From assembly GCA_903813345.2 (NCBI GenBank), contig CAIIXF020000001.1, positions 930,001 through 994,000 on the forward strand: DNA of 64,000 bases, written 5' to 3'. Below, piece by piece: positions 15,301 through 27,300 of this stretch. Source of the stretch: Owenia fusiformis. Lineage: Eukaryota. How positions within the stretch are numbered: position 1 is the stretch's first letter; each line of letters begins with the position of its first letter. The notes beneath the pieces are model-generated. The model searched no databases. It was not told the DNA's origin and worked only from the letters and a program-made list of their open reading frames with translations. The translations under genes and the position numbers were made by a program.

Positions 15301-18300
15301 TATACAGGTAGCAAAGAGTGTGCTAATAGTGTTAGCCTTTTGCCGTCAGAAAGTATTTTGACCCACTTTTGAGATATAGTGTCCGAAAAGTAGGTCAACA
15401 TGAAAGTTTCTCCAAATTTAACGTATGAGTTATGAATTAAGGGTAGAATTTTCTCAGGAATCCGAATCTGCAAATCAAATTTCAATCCGACACCTGGTTT
15501 GGAAGTAATGGCGTTTTGAAAAATTAAAAAATTGGTATTTTGATATCCCATGTTATGTCAATTATCTTTGTCACTATTCGGCATTATTCCTTTATCTTTT
15601 TTTCAGCATGTAGCTTAAAGACAGTCCTTTCATTATTGTAACTGTCTTTTTTGATTACTCTTACCGATTTTGAGGAATGGCGTCCGGAAAGTAGGTCAAC
15701 ATAAAAAGTTCTCAAAATTTAATGTATGAGTTATGACACAAACGTAGAATTTTCTCAGAAATTCGAATCTGCAAACCAAATTTCGACCCAAATTCTGGTT
15801 AGATAGTTATAGCTGTTTGAAGTCTCGAAAAGTCGATATTATGATATCCCCATGTTAAGCCAATGTAGACGAAGATAAGCTACTTAAGAGTTGTCTAAAT
15901 GTCTGTATTCTGGATGACTCAGCTTATTCTGAATGGCTCAGCTTACAGTATTTTGGATGACTCAGCTTAAAAAAAGTTTTAAATCTGGAGTCTTAAATTG
16001 AACTTGTTCAATTTACATGTCTAGTTATGTGTACAACATAAGAAACATTTCCAGAAAGCACAATTGAGAAGTTTATTGCTTTCTAACGTGACATGCAAAG
16101 CCAGGCCGCAGTCCTTTAAAAACCCTAATTATGACCTCACTCCCTTACAAATACCAAAGATAACTCAAAATGGTATCATAGTCTCATTTCCTCATGTTGA
16201 AGTCCTGCTGTACATATATGCAGCTAGCTTTGTGTTAAGATTCTCCCCCATACTTCATCCTTCCACTATCTTTTCTGTTCTCAGCAAATCATGAAGATGG
16301 GCAACAGAAGTGCTTAATGCAAGACTACATGAAGTGTTACATATAGTCCCTGATGTCCCCAGCAGTTACTCTAACCAAGAAGCTTGGTTCAGAGAAGACC
16401 TGATCATTTATAGATCAGCAAAGTGATTCAGCAAGCAAATCAAGGGTATCAATACCATGTACTTTAAGTATATGTTAACTTTGATGGAAATGCATATAAA
16501 TATATATGCATGATATGTGCATATCTACATATTATGAGAGAATAAGGCAATTTAAGAGTTTTGAGATATAGATGAAGTTCTTGAAGAAAGTTGCAAAGGA
16601 GAAGGAAAGGCAGTTACCGTATACAGAATGCAAATTGCATTTATAAAGTTAAAACAGGTTTTGGCTAAAAACCGAAATCACTTACACTAATACATTTCTG
16701 CTTCATTAAATCCCTATTTAGGAACAGTTCAGTTTTATTTGCACTATGAATAGCAGATTATTACAAAACATTACTAAAATCACATCCTTTTTTAATCGGT
16801 CCCTACAAAATAACTTATCATCATCTTGTATGAGGTGTGGGGTTCTAACGCTCATGTTTTCCACATAGTTTTGGCATCAGATGCAAATTATTAGTTAAAC
16901 CCAAAAATCAGTCTTACATTTCTTTTTCTTTTATGGAACTAGGGCTGATCCTTCCTGTATGCTTTTAAATCTTATAAATCTATCTTTCATGTAAACATTT
17001 GTCAGATTTGCTGAAACCTTACATTTCTAGTTGTTGAGTCAACTTTAATATATGACCTTACCATAAACAGTTAATGTTTCAGTATGTTAATGCAATATCC
17101 CACCAACATCATGCTGGGGCTTTAATTTTGAACATTATCTCATTGACACCATGACAGGGCTTTAATTTTAACCATTATCCCACTGACACCATGCCGGGGC
17201 TTTAATTTTGACCATCATCCCACTGACATCATGCTGGGGCTTTAATTTTGACCATTATCCCACTGACACCACATCTGGGCCTTAACCATTATAAAAAGGT
17301 ATATCTGGATTAAAAGTGATTTACTGAGCAACTAAATATAAAGTGAACTTGAGAAAATCGTAAAACACAATTTAGGCTCTTACTTGCTTATAAAATGTTT
17401 TTATGACTGCTCTTTAAACTTACAATGTGATCAAATCATGATATCAAACAAAAAAACAGTGTTAGAATATCCTCTTTTACAATATACCTTTTAATTTCTT
17501 TTCCTTTTTCTTGGATTTCTTTTCAGCTACCTCCCCTGTAGATTTCTTCCTTCTAAACTTCATTTTGAAAAATATCGATCATGAGTGTTCTATTACTGTA
17601 TACATTTCAATTTTAGCTACAGTTTCTTTTCAAACAGTCTTTTTAAAAGCCACTTTGATTTCTATAAAGCCTTGAACACATGAGATTTATCTATAACTTG
17701 TTGTAGTGTACTGTATAGTATACCTCCAATGAGGCCTATGTCACAAATCCACAAAATAACTTTTTATGTCAACTTTTAACAATTAGGTGACTTCTAGTGT
17801 TCTCCATCTCATATTTGAAGTAAATGTTTGTTCAGAGGTACAGCCAACTGATGAGGATGTTAATCTTGTATTTCTTAGTGAGTACACTCCCTGTTATGTC
17901 CAGTTAAACTTATGCATATTGGCAAAGAGTCAAGCCATCAATGAGCACTAGAGCCTCTAGAGGTGAAAGTTGAAGGCTAAATAAACAAACTAAATGATAT
18001 ATGGACTGAGATGGAGCTTTACTTGTTACGGACACTGACATGGATGAACCTAAAGATATCATTAGAAAGTTTAATAACAATGTGACCCTATAACTAATTA
18101 AATTATGGAGTGAATCCAAAACTGGGACAAATATAGATTTTCAACAATATTTAAATGATAAACATTCACTGTGGTCTAGCTCTGAACAACTGCAGTTTCC
18201 TCCTATACCCAAAATATACAACAAACAACTCGATATTGGTCATAGTTTACTAAATCTATTTTTATTTGATATCGTTTAAATTTGATTCATCAATTTGTTA

Positions 18301-21300
18301 ACTTCTCAGCCACTTATTTAAGATGTATGGTTTTGCAAATAACTGATCTCCAACCCAGAGTGTTAACCATTGAGATCACTTGACTTGAGGAATGTACTGT
18401 AAAACATTTATACACTTGAAAATCTCTTTTGAAGGGCTTTTTATTATCTTCATGTATTATACCATGTAAAGAGCAGCTTAAAAAGGGCATGTGCTGCAAA
18501 AATACTTTTGATTTAAGAAAACTGAGTTTGAGGGCATCGAGTGATCAGTTTGCAAACTATAGAAATTTTAATTCTGAACTGTTTATTTCAGAATATGAAG
18601 GTTTTACAGTATTTATATTATACCTGATCTTAGCCTTAGTGCAATACAGAACAAGTCTTCACAATTCACATGTCAATGAAATGTCAATTGACTCAGTTTC
18701 TATAAATAATCATATTAATAGGAAATGCAAAAAGGAACAGGTGAGCCTGCTTTTAATCAAAATTAATAACTTAAGTAGTTGCAACATACAAATTCAGTCT
18801 TCACATAACTTTAAAATGAATATACCTTAGAATATATGCCTTTTTAGACTTCTTTTAAAAAATGAAAGATTGCATCACATTATGTGACATTAGATGAGGT
18901 AAAACTAAATAGCAAAGGTAAACTAAGCTTGTATTCACAAATGCAACTTTTATAACTTAAATAGCTGAGGTAAACTAAGCTTATATTCACAAATGCAACT
19001 TTTATAACTTAAATAGCTGAGGTAAACTAAGCTTATATTCACAAATGCAACTTTTATAACTTAAATAGCTGAGGTAAACTAAGCTTGTATTCACAAATGC
19101 AACTTTTATAACTTAAATAGCTGAGGTAAACTAAGCTTGTATTCACAAATGCAACTTTTGGCTATCGGCTACCAGATTAAGCTACTATTTTATGACAAAC
19201 TCATATAAATATAAGTTAATCCAGTATCCAACAGAAAGTTGAAAGTTGCATTCGCGAATACAAGCTTAAAGAGAGGCAAAATAAAATAGGAGACACAAAA
19301 TGTAAGCCAAAGAAAAATATTTTTGCTCTTATGGGCTAAAACTTTTCAGAATTCAAAAGAAATCCCCAAAAGTTATTTTCTTAAAAGTTTTAACTGTGTT
19401 TAAAATCTTCTGCCACCCTCTAACTGCAGAACCTCAGCATCCAGAATATCTACTTTCTCTCTCATTGGGAAGAAAGAAGAATGAGTGATGCCCATATTTG
19501 AATGTCTAATGTTATCTTGTGTGCTTGCTATTACTCATGTGCTAATTAACACACATATAAGATATTAAATATCTATTATTAGAAGATACCAATCACTTCA
19601 TATTACTGATACCAAGTTATAGTACAAATACATACCATTTGAATTCATTACAGGTACAAATTCCAGAGATAGGACATATAATGAAAAGTAACTTAACAAA
19701 TGACATTATACTAAAATATCTTGACTGACATCTATTTTGGATTTCAGGAACTAATTGCATACTTCTCGGGTGATATTCTAAAAAATATTACAGTAAAGAG
19801 AATATAATATTATGACAAATGACAAAGAGCTTCTAATGTTGAACTTTAAAGTTGAGACTAAAATAAAAAGTATTTAGTCTCAGGTTAAAGGATTCACCTA
19901 TATGAAGGCATTTACTCATTGTGCAGAATTCCTTTGTCAAATCAACCACAGATCGATACAAGCAGAACAAGATTGAAATATCAAATGGACTGAATTCAAA
20001 AAGTACATTCATTCTATAAGATTAATAGCAGAGATTGTCATTGTGATTCTAAGTTAAGTCAACCTCCGTCTCAATAACTTAGTATCCCATGAATATCATT
20101 TGATTTTAGTTGCAGAGAAATGCCCACGTTTCTGAGAAGTCTTGTCTCAATATAAACGGTAACAATTAAAAACTGTGCCCTATTGAAGTGTTTAACTTAG
20201 GCCATAAGAAGTAGATTCTTTGTTTTGCGTCCCCTTGCTTGCACGATTTTGAGTAAATCAGAAAAAACAAACACATCAAAATAGCAATCACAAGGGTCTG
20301 AAAGTACCATTACATTTCGTTCAATCAGAATCAGACGAAATGGCGGATAATTTGATGTGCGTCAAAATTGACAGTGTTATAATTATTTTGGCATACATTG
20401 TGTATTTTCTTATTTTTTACCCTTGAAGTTTAAATATATTGTATAAAATGTATAGATATGTGTTTGTAATCACTGCAAATTGGTACCGGTATGTCATCCC
20501 TTCTTATGCCCATAAAATGTATACATTTCTCAGCAAACAAGTTTGTGTTTTTTCTTGAGTTTGTATTTGTTTTCCTTGTACCCTTGCATGATTTGGATTT
20601 TGCCAGGACGCAAAACAAAGAATCTACTTCTTATGGCCTTATATCAATTACAAGATAAGAAGAGAGCATGTTGACTGATTCAGATTGTAACTTTGACAAA
20701 ACATATTCTTTCTAGACTATGTCAGCTGATATGCATTACTTGGCTATGTTAATCACACTGAGATAACTAAAATTAACATTAAACCTAATAATGTTTTTAT
20801 ATATCACTGGGAATGAGTATAGATTTTTATAAAATGATTAAAAAATATTTTTAGCCTTACAAAGACAAACTAATCCAGTCTGCGAATGATTTATTTGATT
20901 AAATGATTGGCTGTCAAAAAATTGGATCTCTTTAGCTCTGAATATTGGGTCTTGTGTCATATTGACACTTGCGTAGAAATTGAAACTAGAAACGATGGAG
21001 ATCTTTTTGCCCTTGCTACATGGATTTAAAGAGCAATGTTTAATTCGGTTGAAATATTTACTTAGATTATTGTTTTCATGTTTTCTGCAACATTGGGAGA
21101 GTATTCCCATGTTTAAACGTAAACCATGATACCATGGTATACCATGGTTTACCATGGTCTATCATGATTAGCAATGAAATTACCATCAACTCTGACCATG
21201 GTGGCAATGATGTTTTTTTGGTCAATTTTTGACCATGGTATACCATGGTATATCATGTTATACCATGTTTCATGGTATTTCATGTCCAAAGTTTGCCATC

Positions 21301-24300
21301 AAATGCCATGGTATTTTATTGCCATGTTCCTGACCATCATTTACCATGGTATTACCATGGTATATCATGGTTGATTGCATTTCATGGCATTTCATTGTAA
21401 GGTGTGACAATCAAACGCCATGGTATTTCAATTCCATGTTCCTGACCGTAATTTACCATGGTATATCATGGTTGATGGCATTTCATTATAAGATATGACA
21501 ATCAAATACCATGGTAATACCATGGTATTTCATTGCCATGTTCCTGACCATCATTTACCATGGTATTACCATTGTATATCATGGTTGATGGTATTTCATT
21601 GTACAATTTGACAATCAAATGTCATGGTCATACCATGATATTTGATTGTTATGTACCTTACCATCATTTACTATGGTATTACAATTGTATATCATGGTTG
21701 ATGACATTTCATGGCATTTCATTGTACCGTTTGACAATCAATTACCATGGTCATACCATGTCATTTCATTGCCAAAATCATAACTCTCATTTATCATGGT
21801 TTTATCATTGCATTTCATGGTTGGTGGTATTTCATGGCATTTTATTGTCAAACCTGACCATCAAATACTATGGTCATACCATGGTATTTCATTATCCCAT
21901 CGAACGAAGTTCGGAGGGATATAGGGAACGCCTCCGTCCGTCCGGCCGTCCGTCCGTCCGTCCGTACGTCCGTACGTACGTACGTACGTCCGTCCGTCTG
22001 TCCGTCCGGGCAATAACTCAAATACCGTTGGCCCGATTTTGTTCATATTTTGTACACATATACCCTATGGGGGTAGAAGTTCTGCTCGAAAGCCGATTTT
22101 CAAAATTGCTGCTCATTTCAAAATAACGGCCATTTTAGTGCCGATTTTACAGTAATTTAGGTGCAATATGTAAAACTGTAATAGCAATATGTTTTAAATG
22201 TAAAAAAATTATAAAAGACATTAATAATGCTACAAATGTAGATATTAAAGAAGCACATGGCAGCCATCTTGAAAAATGGTCGCCTTTACTCGTCATTTTA
22301 TGATTTTTGCTGTAACTCAAAAAATAGTGGAGCGATTTTGTTCATATTTGGTATGTGAATACTATAAGCATTGCACACTGTCTAAAGACACTTTTGGTAG
22401 AAGGCGGCCATTTTGAAAAATGGCCGCCATTCTAACGTATTTTACTATAACTCGAAAAGTAGTGGAGCGATTTTGTTTATATTTGGTATGTGAATACTAT
22501 AAGCATGACACACTGTCCTATGACATTTTTGGTAGAAGGCAGCCATTTTGAAAAAAATTTTGAAAAATGGCCCCCATTTTAACGTATTTTACTATAACTC
22601 GAAAAGTAGTGGAGCGATTTTGTTCATATTTAGTATGTGAATACTATAAGCATGGCACACTGTCCTATGACACTTTTGGTAGAAGGCGGCCATTTTGAAA
22701 AATGGCCGCCATTTTAACATATTTTACTATAACTCGAAAAGTAGTGGAGCAATTTTGTTCATATTTGGTATGTGAATACTATAAGCATGGCACACTGTCT
22801 ATTTCTAATGACACTTTTGGTAGAAGGTGGCCATTTTGAAAAATGGCCACCATTTTAACGTATTTTATTATAACTCAAAAAGTAGTGGAGCGATTTTGTT
22901 CATATTTGATATGTGAATACTTTAAGCATGGCACATTGTCTAATAAAACTTTGGGGAGTAGTCGGCCATTTTGAAAAATGGCCACCATTTTTATGTGTGT
23001 TATTTTACAAGTACGTGTGTAATTTTTCAAAAATTTTAGAGGTAGCTACTTAAAAGCATATTATTTCTCCTAATGACAACTTGGCTAGTGAGCAACCATT
23101 TTGTAAATGGTGGCCTTTCTGGTGTGTTGTTTTATGATATTTGCTATTCGTTTGTAAAAATGCCAGCTATTTCTGTTCGATGGGATTCGCTACGCTTTGG
23201 CGTTGCCGTTGTTCTGGTTGCCATAATCATAACTATCATTTATCATGGCATATCATTGCATTTCGTGGTTGATTGTATTTCATAGCATTTCGTTGTCAAA
23301 CCTGACCATCAAATACCATAGTTATACCATGGTATTTCATTGCTAAAAAGAACTCTACAAGAGTCTCAAGTCTAAAATTGGTCAGAGTTGAAATGGATCA
23401 TGAAATGCAATGAAATACCACGTTTAACCATGAAATGCAATGAAATACAATGATTGATCATGATGTGCAATGTAATGCAATGGTCTTTCTTGCAATGCAG
23501 TGAAATACAATGAAAGGCCATGTTCAAAAAGTATTTTTTTACATGAAATATCTTTATTAATAAATGTTAATTAGATAACCAAATTATTATAATTAATGAT
23601 TCTGATATTCATCAAAATCAGAACTTTATATACTTTTGTTCCTTTATTTAATAAATTAATTTCTATTATGAATAATTAAGTTGATAACCCTAGAAACAAA
23701 TTTGTTTTTGTTAAACAAATATGCTTTACTTTTATTTGACTGTTGTCGGTTAAATAGGAGATCAACTTGGTATTTTGTAAGTCAAACCTCCAGTCTTCGA
23801 TTATATATCTTGACTGTACTTCATTGCATTTGATGGTTTGCAACCATGAAGTACTGCAAAATAGCAGTATTTTTAAATGCAAAATTTTAAGTATAGTTTC
23901 CACGGTATACCATTGTAGATCGTGATGATTAAATGGCTCCATTGCATATCATGGTTAAATGTCTAGACCATGGTATCACTGCATTGATGGTATTTGACCA
24001 TGAAATACTGTGAAACGGTGGTATTTTTTAGATACAAAATTACATGTTAATTGACCATGGTATACCATGGTATATCATGATCGTTAAATGGCACCATTGC
24101 ATTTCATGGTCAGGAGCATTTTTTAACATGGAGTTTCCCATTGAAAAAATACTGCCGTTTCACAGTATTTCATGGTCAGAAACCATCAAATGCAATGATA
24201 TCATGGCCGAGAACTTGACCATGATATCATTGCATTTGATGGTTTCTGACCATGAAATACTGCGAAACGGCAGTATTTTTTCAATGGAAAACTCCATGTT

Positions 24301-27300
24301 AAAACGCACTGTTAACAATGAAATGCAATGGTGCCATTTAACGTTCATGATCGGCCATGGTATTACCATGGTATTTCATTGCATTTCATGGCCATATACC
24401 TTGGTATACCATGGTCATACCATGGTATACCATGGTATGGCCATGGTCCATTTTAACATGGTATGGTATGATTGGAAATACAAGTTATTCTGCTGTGATG
24501 CAAAACTATGGGGTTCAGGATTGAGAGACAATGAGGGGGGGGGGTAGGGACTGAGGGAGGGGGCTGGATATGTTATTGTTGAAGAAATCAACTCAGGAGG
24601 GGGTCTGTATGTTATTCTTATTCCACCAGTCTTCTACCAAAATCAATACTATAAATATAAGATACCCAAAACAAGATGCAATTGGTCATTTCTTATCACA
24701 TGACGTTTTAGATGAGACCTTCTTTGTGAAATATCTCCACCTATGAAGATAATCATTTTAGAGTGATATGTGTGGTATAATTAAGTCAACAATTATTATG
24801 TGATATTCTGTTCAAGCTGAAGTGCATTACTCCCATTTTGGAGTTTCCTACTGACAAATTAAAACTCAAGACACAAAGATACAAACTATCTGACTGCAAG
24901 AAATGTTTAGATAAACAATAACATTTGGAACTAGTCAGGACTAACTAAATTTTTTTATTTACAATACAATATACAGAAATAATAACAATATTAGTGATCT
25001 CCCCAGCATTAAAGCAAGTGGGTGCAGCATCCACCTGAGATTTTGAAAATAGGCTTGCACCCACCTAAAAATCCATAATTGCACCCACTTGAAAATGAGA
25101 AAAGTCATGAAAATTGGCATATTTTGACTAATTTTGGTCTGAATTGTGAAAATGAGAATTTTGCACCCATTTGAGAACAAATCCTGTGGAGATCACTGAA
25201 TATGTCACCATATCTCTCATAGAACTAAGTACAATGTATTGAACAAGCATATCTGAACAAGTCACCAGGTAAATCTTATTTTTCAATGTTAAACCTATAC
25301 CTCTCTCCAAAACGCAATATATGAACATAAATTATTTTTCCATTTTTATACGACTGAAGAGATAATAAATGCTTAAATATAAATTTGACGTAGATATAAA
25401 CGTTTTTATGCGTAAAATTAAAGCATAACCATTAACTTAAAAAATAAAAAAAGAAGATGCCAGGATTCGAACCCGGACCGTCACAGTGACAGGCGAGGAC
25501 TTTGCCACTGTGCTACCTGGGCATTGGATATACATGCATGTAATTTAAGGGGATTTATTTAAACTTCTTTTTAGTAAGTCACGTGACATTCTAAATTTAG
25601 AAATCTTCGAAGAAATTTGTTTACCGGCGAACCTCTGAGCAAGTGCATGAACAATCGTCAAAATAACATCTTTATCGTGAGTATTTCTTCACAGTATTTG
25701 CTCCATTTGTTCATTATTGTATATGTTCTCATTAAAGCACAAAATATTACCAGGGACCCCAGGAACAACCTAAGATTGTGTTTTGGAGAGAGGTCCGGCT
25801 TTAACTGATTGCTACTTTTAAAGATTCTTAAAAAAGATTAGTTACCACTCAATCATTGTTTTGAAACTGTGAAAAAAGAAAAAAGAAATTTTGTAAAATT
25901 AAAACTGTTGAAGAACATTGACACTGCTCCATCTACAATGTAAATTCTTTAAAAAAACACTCACAATTCATAATATTGAAAGAACATATTCTCAGCGCTC
26001 TCTCTCCAGCTTAGTAGAAGTAGAAGTGAAAAGTACAAGTGAGATATAGTACCAAAGTGAATAACTGAGTAACCAGTGTCCAAATGCAGCATTACAGTGC
26101 CAATAGTGTCACACGGATGCTTAAAGGATCAAGAAGAAGAAAATATCACATATCCCCCCCTTTTTGGGCTCACTTCGCTTACAGTGATGCAAACACAAAA
26201 ATTAGCACCCCCTTAACAATTGCTGGCTATCTCCCTGACCATGTATTTAGTAAGATTAAACATTTATCATCATGATGCCATTGCAAATAATATTTGAATC
26301 CAAGGTGGTCATTAGCATAATTTGTCCCTCTTCTTTTACCATGTCCAATGAATATCAACCCATTGTACACAAATTACCCTCAGTGGGTGTTAAACACACC
26401 TGTTAGTTACTTTGTATTTGAAGGTGGGCATAAAATGACAAAAGGTGATTTGCCACATGATCACTAGGCCTAAAGGCTGAGGGTGTGGTGACAGTGTTCT
26501 GTTTGTTACAATAACATATCAATTCAACTTGATTTGATAAGTGCTTTTGGAAAATGGCACGTTTTATAATTGCATTCTTATAAAACTAGGAAATTATCAC
26601 TAAAAAAGAAAGCGTTTATCTACACCCTACTAGTCTATTTCTATTTCTTCACTTCCTGATTTTTTCTAAAAAAATGACAAAAAAGACAAAAAAAATGTGG
26701 ATGAATCGTAAGTCACCTGTCGAGAACTAATACTGAGAAAAATGAATGAATAAATACCGGCATCAATCTTTAAAGTATTCACAGCTTCTACTTGAGGATG
26801 TGGATCACTGGAACTACGCTCCCGCTCAATATTTGGAGAACCTTCCATTTCTGTTTTGGTCGCCATTACTGAAAATTTACATGACAAGGTGTCACAGAAA
26901 CTTTGATATGATTATTTTTGTCAAATATGAACTATTTGTCCTGTTTTTTAGATATACACCTAAGAATGATTTGTAGGAAGGATTTTCTCTAGCAATATTT
27001 TATGTGATTGTGTGGTACAATTTATATTTCACATCTAGATAGAGTCTAGTCAATTTGTAAAATAATCGTCGTGGATTAATTAGAGTGGTCTGAACGAAAT
27101 AAAACATTCCCCGGGAATGTGAACTGACCATAGCATGATCCCTCTAAACCCTAGATGCCCGGGCCTAGATGTGGGTCAATTTCATTGAAAAAAAATCACT
27201 GAAGATATTTTGAATTTCAACAATTTTGAAGTAGATTCATGTGGGAGAGTAGAACGTATTGATGGGAACTATATATATTGTGGGAAAATTTCATTTTTTG

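Noticed and set aside
14199-15551. Repeated ORFs (FQNAITS..., TYFSDTISQKWVK)
   Set aside because: They arise from the ~476-bp internal repeats of a non-autonomous element; no domain was recognised.
18429-18830. 133-aa ORF
   Set aside because: Non-ATG start, AT-rich composition, no motif or splice support, and antisense within an intron.
21174-24547. ORFs of 188 and 167 aa and their antisense partners
   Set aside because: Artefacts of CCATGG repeats, a CCGT microsatellite and a palindrome.
26717-26757. Alternative donor ACAG|GTGACT extending PHACTR exon 2
   Set aside because: It is phase 0 and so incompatible with the phase-1 acceptor at 12123; the donor at 26757 is preferred.
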